This document shows, in pieces, positions 24,531-37,399 of a stretch of DNA of 64,000 bases. The position numbers were made by a program, and so were the translations under genes. Source of the stretch: Octopus sinensis. Its lineage: Eukaryota. The notes under the pieces were generated by a model that worked only from the letters and a program-made list of their open reading frames with translations, made no database searches and was not told where the DNA came from. Position 1 is the stretch's first letter; every line of letters begins with the position of its first letter. Location of the stretch: positions 33,976,001 through 34,040,000 of the forward strand of contig NC_043002.1 in assembly GCF_006345805.1 (NCBI RefSeq), read 5' to 3'.

Positions 24531-26649
24531 AGCCCTCCCCAACAAAACATTGTCTAACTGTTTAGTGACAGATCTTAGACTCATTAAAGAAGACAGATTT
24601 ATCGTGAATAAACACTGAGTGTTGTACCAGCGTCTTCAATATTTTTAGAGTTCAGTCATTGTAAACGTATACAGAGAATATTAAAAAGTTAGCAAGAAAT
24701 GATTATTTAGTGATGGAGAAAGAAACATGATATTAGTCAATGGGTAATGACTGACAATTCATTAGAACATCATTGAGAAAATGTGTTGTGATATTTATTG
24801 CGTAATGAATCATAGCATTTTGAATTCAAAACTCATTACAGTCAACCTTGCTTTCATACTTCTGTTACTAGGGTTACTGATGTCTTGCTCAAAATTTGAG
24901 ACCGTGTCTCTATGTAAGAAATGTATATAATTATTTTTTGTGGTTGTTGTTTCTTCTATGTAGAAGAATCAAAACCAAACGTACCTTAGCGTTGAAATAA
25001 CAGCCTACATCTTAACCCTTTAGCATTTAAATCGGCCATATCAAACCCAAAATAGTCTACCTGCTTTATGATCAAGGTAGTCAGATCTAGTCTCTCACAC
25101 CTACCCTACAATGTCATTCTCAAAATAAATAATCACATCATAGAATCTCGAAGCTACAAGATAATGCATCATTAATTCAATACAATCCGAAAAAAAAAAA
25201 ACATTAAATTTGACAGAGTAATTAGTCTCGTAGTCCAAGGGCAACAACTTCTAACTAAATAATATTAGAGTTATTTCCCTGTGAAGTATTCCGCCATTTT
25301 TGTATCAGACAATTTTTGTTTTTGACTTTGGATGTAAGGTTTAAACTTTATCAGTTATCTTCAGCTCACAAGTAGTAAAGGTTATATTTTGCCTTTACAT
25401 CAATGTAGATATGGGACATCTATAATGCAATCCTGTTATTTTGTATGTAAGCCTTGTACAAACAGGTACGTAGATTGTTTTTCTTTTTAAAACTCAGCAA
25501 CGTTAATTTACAATTAATTACTCTACAACCTGTGTCCGTGCGTACGTTTGCACCTGTGTATACACGGCATAGTAAATGGAGAGAATCGCGGCGTAATTTC
25601 CGAAGAAAATGGACATTGTATAGAAAAAAAAAACAAAAAAAAACGTGGTTTACCTGAACTATCAAAACGAAAACAAAATAGTTTACCTCCACCTTTGTTA
25701 TTAATCTTTTCGTACACATCATTATATCATATCCTTAAATCCTTAAAAATGTTTCAGTCCGAAGGCTGCGGCCATGCTGGGGCACCACCGTTATTAATTA
25801 ATTTTTAAAAAAAATATTGTTTCTAATTAAATATTTTTAAGTTAGCAAAATGCGATTTTTTTTCACAATATACACGCTTTTAAAATGGTATTATTGCTGA
25901 TTCTGACATACCAACTTTCTTCATACCTTTCATGAAAATGAATAATATTTTCATTAATGAAATTTTTTACGAATACCATTTAAATGGTGTAAATGTGCCA
26001 CTGACTCTTACACATAATCATACCGTAAAATTCATATTTTTTTAATGCAGGTTTTAATCAGATATTTATAAATCACCGGAATGTTTCCACGTAATACTCG
26101 TTGCTTTTTCTCTTTTCGTAAAATAAAAAGAAAAAAAATTAATATTTCGCTGTCGATTCGGTTTTTTCCAGTTTACAATAGAGCGTTAAAGCATTTCAAA
26201 TTGTTTTTAAAATCAAGCCATGATTCTTCACCATTCACTGTCACATATATATTTATTTCCAACCTGTTTAACGTGAATTATTTACAAAACAACAAAAACA
26301 AAGTGCAGTGAATGAGGTGGCAAAGACACAGTTATATACAAGGGAGATAACCAGTGTTGTAAACCCTCGTTAATAGGTCTTGCGTGGCGTATTACCTGGT
26401 AACGTGAGATTATCAACAGAGGTAAACGGAGATTAATTCACTTTAATACACCTTGGATTTTTGTTTAGTGTTAGATGACTTAAGGTATAGGGGTGCCTAA
26501 ACCGAAACACCCTTGGTAATTTTATGCTGTAACTTTATGTATTATTAGAAAGAGCAGCGAAATCACCTTTAAGCGAATCGTTACCGTCTAAAAAATGAAA
26601 AGACACATTACAAAATGTAGTATCTCTAAATAAAAGAAGACTTGTTGTA

Positions 26650-26790
26650 CGGTATAGTCTTATGTGGTTGTGTGATAAGAACCACATGGTTCCCCACTGT
26701 GTGACACTTTGGGCAAGTGCCTTCTATAGTCTCAGGTCGACCAAATCCTTGTGAGTGAATTTGGTAGACTAAAACTGCAAGAAGCCCGTC

Positions 26791-26830
<40 letters not shown>

Positions 26831-27032
26831 TGGTTAAAAACGGTAAGATAACAAAAGAAAGAAAGAGACCTCAATATTATGTAAATAGAGGAAATTTATC
26901 TGTGAAATAATTTGTGACAATTATTCGGTAGCCAAGATAAAATTCAGAGATGGTGTTGTGATTTCAACCTCGGCATCCGAAACTCAGAGTTTTATCTTGG
27001 CTACCGAATAATTATCACATATTATTTTACAG

Positions 27033-27066
<34 letters not shown>

Positions 27067-27200
27067 CTGTTTTCCCCCACCCCATGACCGCTTGACAAAC
27101 GGTTGTTAGTGTGTTTATGTTCCTGTAACTTAGCGGTACGGCAAAACTGATCTATAAAATAAGTACTAGGCTTAAAAAGTAGGTCTTGGGCTCGATTTTT
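26650..27200 (+). mobile_element. SINE family B interrupted in its internal microsatellite by a Penelope-like remnant (26830-27035)
   Basis: SINE 5' half ends at ~26790; 3' half resumes at ~27060. Confidence 0.7.
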
Positions 27201-27514
27201 TCGATTAAATTCCTCTCACTCTCTTTCTCTCTCTCATATATATATATATATATAGGGAGAGAGAGAGAGAGAGCATGAGGCAAAAACGCTATTGTACCAG
27301 TCTGACATTTAAAGGTCCTCAATTCTGGCAGGGGGTGGTGGCGACCCCTGTTGTACTCTTTCACCCCCAACTTTCTCTCACTCTTTCTTCCTGTTTCTTG
27401 AGTAACGCTGCAATGGACTGGCGTCCTGTCCAGCTGGGGGGAACACATACGCCACAGAAACCGGGAAAACCAGGCCCATGAGCCTGGCTAGGCTTGAAAA
27501 GGGTGCATAAATAA

Positions 27515-27546
<32 letters not shown>

Positions 27547-27548
27547 GG

Positions 27549-27592
<44 letters not shown>

Positions 27593-27769
27593 TACCCCAG
27601 CATGGCCACAGTATATTGACTGAAACAAGTTAATAAGCAAAGAAATTGTGTGTGTGTACACATACATGTATACTTATACATTTATGCACACGCACACATA
27701 CATACATACACAATATATTTTCTTAACCACTCAAATGAACTGTCTACAGAGACGCCAAATTGCTATTTG

Positions 27770-27818
27770 ATGTCTGTAGTTGCTTCTTTCCTGAGAATCT
27801 CCTCTGCCGTTGTACCAG
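27770..27818 (+). CDS. Candidate upstream exon of the TMEM220-family gene (MSVVASFLRISSAVVP, phase 1)
   Basis: Strong donor CAG|GTAATG at 27819; splicing to 43601 keeps the frame (G+CT = Ala). No homology support. Confidence 0.22.
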
Positions 27819-28155
27819 GTAATGATTATACTGATACACTGCTCCTTGGGTATGACATTTCCAGGCAGACCCTCCTCCCACCTATTAGCATTATAGACCA
27901 CTGGGACTTGTTGACTTTATACACTGTTTACATTACATTTTTTTATTTGCTGTTTTTGCAGATTCCCATGACCCTCTGTCACCATCCAGTTCCATTAATA
28001 TGAATTTGGATTGGGAACTTGAGTATAGTGAATTGTTCATTAACTGATGATTACATTACAAAACCATGGACATCCCACTATGGATGAGTTGCAGTTACTC
28101 TCTGGATAGAGCTTGGTGATCCTGACCGTTGGTCTTTTAGGGTTCCTCCGTTAAG

Positions 28156-28437
28156 CATCAATAGCGCCACCTTGACTGGCTTCCGTGCCGGTGGCACGTA
28201 AAAAGCACCAACCAATCGTGGCCGTTGCCAGCCTCCCCTGGCACCTGTGCCAGTGACACGTAAAAAGCACCCACTACACTCATGGAGTGGTTGGCGTTAG
28301 GAAGGGCATCCAGCTGTAGAAACACTGCCAGATCAGACTGGAGCCTGGTGCAGCCTCCTGGCTTCCCAGACCCTTTGTTGAACCGTCCAACCCATGCTAG
28401 CATGGAAAATGGACGTTAAACGATGATGATAATGATG
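28156..28437 (+). mobile_element. SINE family C with RTE-like 3' tail; other copies at ~30.4, 30.9, 33.5, 34.8, 41.5, 43.1, 51.1 and 54.5 kb
   Basis: GGAGTGGTTGGCGTTAGGAAGGGCATCCAGC body; tail GGACGTTAAACGATGATGAT. Confidence 0.8.
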
Positions 28438-28792
28438 TAAGTAGTATCATTTGCTCAGTTTAGCTCTTCCACTACATCTTCACAATTCATGATGCTGCAG
28501 TCCCATGACTTCACCGTATCCTTGGCAGGATGGCTGAATGGGTGCTATGCCTTGCCAAAGAGCAGCCTGTATCTATGCAGGGCACGGTCATCACTCTGTG
28601 AGGTATTTTCAAAATATCCGCATACCCCATATTCTATGTTTTAATTATATATACAGAATGTAATGATTACATATTGAATGTAATTATTGTATTTTTAGAT
28701 TATGGTTGTATGTAGAATGTAATAATTTAATGGTATTTACCACATTAATGGTACACACATGATATTTACTAATACTGCGTTGTATATATAAA

Positions 28793-29293
28793 AATAAATG
28801 CGCCCTTTTAAAGCCTAGCCAGGCTCATGGCCCGGTTTCCCGGTTTCCATGGTGTATGTGTTCCCAAGCTGGATGGGATGCCAGTCCATCGCAGCGTTAC
28901 TCATTTTTGCCAGCTGAGTGGACTGGAGCAATGTGAAATGAAGTGTTTTGCTCAAGAACACAATGCATTGCCCAGTTCAGGAATCGAAACCTCAATCTTA
29001 CGATCATGATGCTGACACCCTAACCACTAAGCCATACACCTCCACAAAATAAATACGCCCTTTTAAAGCTTAGCCAGGCTCATGGGCCCGGTTTCAATGG
29101 CATATGTGTTCCCCAGCTGGACGGGACGCCAGTCCATCATAGCGTTACTCATTTTTGCCAGCTAAGTGGACTGTAGCAACATGAAATGAAGTATTTTGCT
29201 CAAGAACACAATGCGTTGCCCAGTCCAGGAATCGAAACCTCAATCTTACGATCATGATGCTGACACTCTAACCACTAAGCCACATGCTTCCAT
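28793..29293 (-). mobile_element. Head-to-tail dimer of SINE family D
   Basis: Two ~250-bp copies (28793-29045, 29047-29293), each with a tRNA-like head (GGCTTAGTGGTTAG...TTCGATTCC on the minus strand). Confidence 0.85.
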
Positions 29294-29330
29294 CATTGTA
29301 TATATAATTATATATATAACATATATTATT

Positions 29331-29644
29331 ATTACCTCCACCTTAGCGAAGGCAGAGGTATTATTTTCAGTCTTGTTTGTTTGTTTGTCCGTGGGCAAGA
29401 TATCTCAAGAACTGCTGAATGGATTCATATGAAACTTTCAGGGATCTTTGGCCTTGTGACTGGCATGAACTGAATAGAATTTGGGATTGATCTGGTACCA
29501 GACAAAGATTCTGGATTATTTTTCCTGCTTTTTTTTTTTACTTAATTTTTGAGAGTGGTCGTTTTTATAAAAATCATCAGCTGATCGTTGAGAGGACGTT
29601 GGTGTTGCCTCGGCAGAGGTTTGCACTCTTTGAGTGCTCTTGTT
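29331..29644 (+). mobile_element. Helentron/DINE-1-like non-autonomous element
   Basis: 5' subTIR ACCTCCACC, nearby inverted GGCAGAGGT, (GTTT)n, 3' GGCAGAGGT, hairpin GCACTC-TTT-GAGTGC, ending in TT. Confidence 0.7.
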
Positions 29645-30763
29645 GTGTATATAATTCCAAAAGGAATGTGAATGAATATATCAAAACAGATGACTGGAAA
29701 ACGTTTATATGTATGTATGAAGTGTAGTTGATTTCTGGTTGTGTCAGCCTCTGTTGTGCCACTGGTGTTATAGCTGATTGCAATGAAAAGTAAGTTCAGT
29801 GCTGTGCAATGCTTTATTCACTCACAGGAACTTCTTTAACTCTTAGAACATTTGCATGGAGTTTAGGAAGTGGTCTTACCACGTCACAAGTGGACTTCCA
29901 CTATGTATGTATGTATGTGTGTGTATGTGTGTGCATACATGTGTTTATGTGTGTGTATTTTTTGTTTGTATGTATGTATATATATAAATAAAAAATGATG
30001 GATAGGTGTCAATTCATTACAGATGTTTCCAATGAATTTTAAAATTGATTATTCATTATATCATTATACAAAACATTTTCTTCAGATGAATACGCAAACT
30101 ATACTGTTAAGGACATTTAAAAACATTTAAAATCCATGGCATGTGCATATTTTGTGATTCCATAATCATTATGGTAACAGAAGTATATGTTATGGACTGT
30201 ATATTTAATACAATGTGTGTTTCTTAATTAGCCCGAGGGCTGATGATATACTCTGTTTGATTCAATTAATTACATGCATAACTTGAATATCTTTCTGTCT
30301 GTACTTCAGTACTTATGTTTGTATTCATCTATAGTTGCTGTGTATGCATTTTAATTTTGACCTGACCTGGTGCCTTAGCATTTAAGCACCTTATTCACCC
30401 GAATCTTAATGTTATCATCATCATTTAACGTCCACTTTCCATGCTGGCATGGGCTGATGATTTGACTGAGGACTGGCGAACCAGATGGCTGCACCAGGCT
30501 CTAGTCTGATCTGGCAGAGTTTCTACAGCTGGATGCCCTTCCCAATGCCGACCACTCTGAGAGTGTAGTATGTGTGTGTGGCTTAGTACTCCACGGTCTC
30601 CTTTGGTATGGTTTCACTGGAGCATGATACATCTTTGGACCCAGCAGATTCTGTCAAAACTTCCAACTCAAGCAGCATGGTGATGGATGTTAACTGATGA
30701 TTTTATACACCATGATAGATTGTTAGCCACTACACACATTTTTTTTCTCTCCTTGTTTTCTGT

Positions 30764-30806
30764 GTCCTTTTCTGTAGAAGAGCATAGGCTCGAAACGTAA
30801 AAGACT
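30764..30806 (+). ncRNA. Degenerate minimal hammerhead motif
   Basis: CUGUAGA-A-GAGC-AUAG-GCUC-GAAAC-GUA-AAAGAC; core differs from CUGANGA at position 6. Confidence 0.4.
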
Positions 30807-30911
30807 TTTTCTATTCCTAGGTGTTATATTAATACATCTGTTTGTTTTGTACACCACCTGTCTTCGTTTTTGTTGTCTTTTTTGTAAACTCTCCCTGTAT
30901 ATATATATATG

Positions 30912-31279
30912 TATAGCGAAAGCGAAATCGAATTGAACCAGCCAGGATCCCTGGTCTGGTGGTACGTAAAAAGCACTATCCGACTCGTGGCCGATGCCAG
31001 CGCCACCTCGACTGGCTTCCGTGCCGGTGGCACATAAAATACACCAATCCGACCGTGGCCGTTGCCAGCCTCGCCTGGCACCTGTGCAGGTGGCACGTAA
31101 AAGGCACCCACTACACTCACGGAGTGGTTGGCGTTAGGAAGGGCATCCAGCTGTAGAAACATTGCCAGATAAGACTGGAGTCTGGTGCAGCCTTCTGGCT
31201 TCCCAGATCCCCGATCGAACCGTCCAACCCATGCTAGCATGGAGAACGGACGTTAAACGATGATGATGATGATGATGAT
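30912..31279 (+). mobile_element. SINE family C, long CpG-rich copy
   Basis: Internal repeats of GTGGCACGTAAAA-like units and a (GAT)n tail. Confidence 0.85.
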
Positions 31280-33366
31280 GAGGGAGAGAGAGAGAGAAAG
31301 GCCTGTGGTAAAACGTTTGTTCCCCGACCACATCATTCCAAGTTCAGTCCCACTGCATGATGCCATGGGTTTGTGTCTTCTACTATAGCCTTGAGCTGAC
31401 CAAAGCCTTGTAAGTGCATTTGGCAGATGGAAATTGAAAGAAATCCATTGTATGTATATGTGTGTGTGTGTTTATCTCCCAACACTGCTTGACAACCAGT
31501 GTTGGTGTGTTTATGTCCCTGTGTCTTAGTGGTTCAACCTAAGAAACCAATAGCATAAGTACCATGATTTTAAAAAATAAGTCCTGAGGGCAATTCATTT
31601 GACTAAAAATTCTTCAAGGCGGCACCTCAGCATGGCCACAGTCTAATGACTGGAGCAAGTAAAAGATAAAAGATATTTATATATCAACAACACATATACT
31701 CAACAGTATAGTGACTAAATTTCTTATATACTTATATTATTAATTATACATATTAATTAGCTAGTGTTAATTATAAATTGATGTTATAATGTATGTGTAT
31801 ACAATTTTAATTATGCATTGCTAGAACCAATTATATATAAGTATTGATTTCTCCTTATTTGTCACAATATGTTGATGTGTTACTGTTGAACATCTGATAT
31901 AGTGATATTTGGGCCCTACTTAATACAAATGATATGAAAGGTGACAATTGGATTCAAAATCAGGTCAGGGACAGTTCATCTGAAGTTTACTTCCCTTCTA
32001 TACCACTCACCTTATTTATGTTTTATTAATTAAATATTAATAATCTAATCATATTAATTTTATTTATACATTTGTATTTTCTCATGACGGCGTAGCTAAA
32101 AGTCTTTTTTTGAAATTTGGACATTTGTACATTGTTTGGTGATCGTTATACATCAGTGCATTTTCTGCTGCTAACCATTCAACTGTGAAGTGGGTGTGGC
32201 ACTGCAGTCACTCTATTGTGCCATGTTAGACAGCAACACAACTGGGTTGACTATGCTTTTCCTCATGTCCACATAGGTTGGATGAGTCTGCAGTACTATG
32301 ATACATATCATTACTACACCACTTGGTTTTTTTGTTATTTCATTTGTAGGGAGCCTGACAACCTAATTTCACACCTCTTCACATTTACTTCATGTTTTCC
32401 TTGGTCTTCCGCTACCTAACTAGCCTTTCTGTTACCACCACGACTAACAACTCTCACCATTCAATCGCATCACATACCTTTCAGTCACATGTCTGCGGAC
32501 ATCTTTCCTAAACAGCTTCCCTGTTGCCTCATTTCTATCCCACCTGAGTCAACTTGACCCTATCCATAGTGTCACACTTTCTTATTCATGCGTGTCTTAT
32601 ACAGTCTGTCATTTACGTTGAGTTAGATGCAGGTTTGTCCAGATGGTTAAAAAGTTCTCTCCATAACCATATTCTTCAGAGTTCATTCCAACTATATGGC
32701 ACAGTTGTTCAGTGTTTTCTACTAAAGCCTTAGGTTGACTGATGCCTTGTGAGTGGAATTGGTACTCAGAAACTATAAGAAACCTATTGTGTGTTATTTA
32801 TAAATGTGTGTGTGTGTGTGTGTGCTTTTTTTATAGAAGCTGAGAAATGTTCACCCAAACTTTTTGAGTTTCACATAAACATTCATCAGATAGTTGTGAA
32901 AATCACACATCTATACATATTTGAATGTATGTGTGTGTGTGTGTGCACATATCATCATTATCATCATTGTTTGATGTCTGCTTGCCATACTGGCATGGGT
33001 TATATATATATATATTTTTTTTTTCTTTACTACCCACAAGGGGCTAAACATAGAGTGGACAAACAAAGACAGACAAAGAGATTAATTCGATTACATCGAC
33101 CCCAGTACGAAACTGGTACTTTATTTATCGACCCTGAAAGGATGAAAGGCAAAGTCGACCTCGGCGGAATTTGAACTCAGAATGTAACGACAGACGAAAT
33201 ACCACTAACGTTTCTGCCAGCTTGCCTTATATATATGTGAGTGCCATGTTAGAACACCTAATACTGCATTATTAGCCTCAAAGGATCTTTCATATAGGCA
33301 GTTGATGCATAAAAGCACACACAGAGATCATAACAAGTGAAATTGGTCTGTCATGGGCTCTGGAAT

Positions 33367-33410
33367 TCCCATATCACATGATTTTGTTCTATTGGAACTC
33401 ATCAGTAAGG
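33367..33410 (-). ncRNA. Hammerhead motif with G12-to-A change (probably inactive)
   Basis: Minus strand CUGAUGA-GUUC-CAAUA-GAAC-AAAA-UCAUGUGAU-A-UGGGA. Confidence 0.45.
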
Positions 33411-36189
33411 AGGACCAGGTGACTACATGCTAACCAAATCTTACTGCTACAGTATATAGAATTTCATCATCTTTTCAAATGCTGATGTCACAGCTGGCTT
33501 ATTAAAAATTAATTATTAGTGACAGAAGTAAAAAGCACCATTCAAGCATGGTTGATGCCAGTGCTGCTTGACTGGCCCTTGTGCTGGTGACACATAAAAA
33601 GCACCTACTACATTCTTGGAGTGGTTGGTGTTAGGAAGGGCATCCTGCTGTAGAAACTCTGCCAGATCAGACTGGAGCTTGGTACAGCCTTCTGGCTTGC
33701 CAGTCCTCAGTCAAACTGCCCAACCCATGCCAGCATGGAAAGCAGACCTTAAACGATGATGATGATGATGATGATGAATTTTGTCTGCTATGATCTATGT
33801 GTGTGCTTTTATGCATCAAGCGCCTATATAAGAGAATCTCTCTCTGCTAATAACATAGTATTTGGTGTTCTAATAAGGTGTCCAAGTTGTGCTGGCTATA
33901 AAGATTGCCTTTTCGTATTGATACTGCTTTCTGTTGCCAATAATTTCTAATAAAGCCTTCTGTCTATTTGCAACATCAGCATCTGAAAATATGCTGAAAG
34001 TTTGTATATTGCCTAGAATATAAGCAGTGAGAGGAGAAACACAAACACATACATGCATGCATGCATACAAACATACATACACACACACACACACATACAT
34101 ACATATAATAAAAACTGACAAATGAGTTATCTGCTATTACTACAATTGTTCCCATTAAGAGTCCTTATTGTAATGTAAACAGGGCACAGTCAGTTTCTAG
34201 TATGCACATATCCGTGGAATAAGCTGCCGGACGAGATAGTGAAGATGCCGACGACCGCTCGGTTCAAAGTCTCTCTTGACCAGAAATGGCCTGAACTCTT
34301 TGCATGAACACCCTCCCTGTACATAACTCCATGTCCCCCTAACTTAACTTAACAACTTAACAGCCCTGAACTCCTCAGGCTCACTAAATAAAAAAGTGAA
34401 CAGTGACATGTTAATTCCTCAACAGATCATCAGCCAAACGCATCTGTTTTTATTATGTTTTTACACCATGCTTAAGGTTCCATTCATCATCGGATACTTT
34501 TGGACATTACTAGAGTTGCAGATTACCAAATGACGGTGATTTCCCTTCCTCGATGCATTCCTGTGCTATGAAAATGGATTACTTAAACTTCCTGATTTGT
34601 ATCATTCTGTTTACCCAATAGTTGTAGTGTACTTCACTCTAATATGCCTGGACCCTTTGTGTATACACTGTAATCAAATACCTCTCACTTTCTCTGTGTG
34701 TGTATATATATATATATATATAGGTGCCTGGTTAGAAATCTGGATACTGCGTTATTAGCCTTGAAACGGCCATAATGTATTAACACCTGTACATCCTTGT
34801 TACTTATATGTGTGTATACATATTATCATCATCATCATCATCGTTTAGCGTCCGTTTTCCATGCTAGCATGGGTTGGACGGTTCTACTGGGGTCTGTGAA
34901 GCCAGAAGGCTTCATCAGGCCAGTCAAATCTGGCAGTGTTTCTACGGCTGGATGCCCTTCCTAACGCCAACCAATAAGTAATTATTCCAACTTTGGGTAT
35001 AACGCAACCAAATGTACTATATCCCACCTGTAAGGGACAGATGCAGGATGGGTCAAAATGATCATTGTGCTGAATAAAGATTCTGGTTAAATCCATTTTC
35101 CAGCATTTCCCTCATTCATGATATGTGTGTGTGATATTGTTATTCTATTCCATCTGGTACCTAATTTGTTTCACTCATTGCTGTTGGTTTCTAATTAGAA
35201 ATAATAGATTATTTACTCATTGTTAATGGACAAGACCTAGTGAACACCCTTAGTAATAGACAGTCAATAGAAACGTTGGACTAATTATTTTTGTGGCCTA
35301 TTCTTACACACTGGTGTATTCACAGCCAAATGTGTGTATATATGCCTGCTGATTGTCAGAAATCAACAAATCCTTTTTACCCACCGACACATACACACTT
35401 TAGCTTCAACACACCATCAAATTGCCCCCTCCCTCTTTTGATAAAGAAAACCACACCATCACACAATCTTATCAAAATCGTTATGTTTTTTTTTTTTATT
35501 GATCAATTGTGATATTTGTTTTTCATTTCTCTTCCTGAAATATCCAAATCAGTTTTTTTTATTTATTTTATCACATTTTGTTATAAGATGGTACTCTTTC
35601 TTCCTTTTCTGTCTTAATCATTGCAGTCATTTGGCTGCGGCCATGCTTGAGCACTGCCTTAAAGGGGTTTTTAGTCAAAGAAATCAAACTCAGAACTTAT
35701 TCTTTGTAAGCCTAGTACTTATTCTATCATTCTCTTTTGCCATTCTGCTTAGTTACGGGGACATAAATATGCTAACATCAGTTGTCAAATGATAGTGGGA
35801 GGACAAAGCCACACACATACATATATATATATAAATGACAGGCTTCCAGTTTCCATCTACCAAATCCACTCACAAGGCTTTGGTTGTTGGCCTGAGGCTA
35901 TAGTAGAAGACACCTGCTCAAGCTACCACATGGTGGGACTGAACCCAGAATTATGTGATAGGGAAGTGATGTTCATGGTGGTGGTGGTGGTGGTGCTGGT
36001 AATCGTGACTGGTGATGGTGGTGATAGTGTCAGTCTTGGTGGGGTTTATGATGATGATGTATGTAATGATAACTTCAAGCCTCATTAATAGCAGGGATAT
36101 GAGTATTTAAATTTTTGCATACCTTAATGTCCTTTCGCACCACCCCCACCATTTTTCTTATTCCCATATACCTATTAGTAGGACATCAG

Positions 36190-36810
36190 GCTGGTATGTG
36201 GTAAGTATAAAATTCTACCAAGTATAAAACATCTACTTCAACTATAGCAAGTGTTTATATTGTACCTAGTACAAAATACCTATTTTAACTATAATTAGTA
36301 TTTATACTCTATTGTACCTAGTATAAAATACCTGTTTCAATGATACCTACAATTTATATTGTAGTGTGCCGAGTATAAAATATCTAGTTCAACTATAGTT
36401 AGTGTTTATTTTGTATTGTCAAAGATCAAAACTCCTTTCTGAGTGATAAAGCTCATAAAGCCAGTTTCCTGGATTCTGTGGCGATATAATTTCCTCCTGG
36501 ATGGGACACCAGCCTGTTGCAAGATAACTTGTTTTTGCCAACTGAGTGAACTGGAGCAATGTGAAATGAAGTGTTTTGCTCAAGAATACACTGGTCCAGA
36601 AATCAAAGCCACAATCTTATGATCATGAGTGCAACACCTGAACTGCTAAGCTACATTCCTCCACATTCTGTACTACACCTAGTATAAATTACCTATTTCA
36701 ACTATAGTTAGCATTTATATACTCTTTTGTACCTAATATAAGTACTTATTCCAACTATAGCTACTCTTTATACTCTGTTGTACTTAGTATAGAATATCTA
36801 TTTCAACTAT
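36190..36810. repeat. Degenerate ~45-50-bp minisatellite interrupted by a family D SINE (~36450-36665)
   Basis: Recurring TACCTAGTATAAAA.ACCTATTTCAACTATAG unit. Confidence 0.7.
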
Positions 36811-37399
36811 AGTTGAGAATCCATCAACAATGCCATTCAAACACAAGCATCATATAATCTACCTTTCACTCTGAGCGAAAGTCTTTTTGTTGCCACCAGA
36901 AGTAATAGTTCTCTGAACTTCCTCCATCCTATTCTCATTCTAGCAATAATACTTTCAGAACATCCTCTACCACTGCTAATTTGATCAGCTAGGTAACAGA
37001 AACTATGTACCACCTCGTGGGAGCTTCCTGGGCATTTAAGAGAATCTAATTCCTGTGTGTGTCATCAGTGCTTATTGTTCCTCTGCATCTGCCACATTCA
37101 AAAATGACTCTCTCTGTTAACCTAACTGTGATTCTACTGCACCTCTTATGAGTCTACAGCTTTCACTGGATGCAGCAACTTTCCTACATATTGAGCAGAG
37201 CCATTTACTTGATGGAAAGTGAGTTTTACCTGCTTTCTTGCGAACAACAACTTTGATCTATATATATATACACACACACATATATACATATATTTACATA
37301 TTTATATATTTTACATGTAGTATAGTTTTAGAAGTGCCACCATCTATGTTATCATACTGAAAGGTAGATTAGGTGTGTTGGGGGAGTTGATGTATGCTT

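Noticed and set aside
26465-26525. AGAUGA...GAAAC...GUA hammerhead-like string
   Set aside because: Core and stem III too degenerate to call.
32850-32895. Minus-strand CUGAUGA...GAAAC...GUU string
   Set aside because: Stem II weak and stem I absent.
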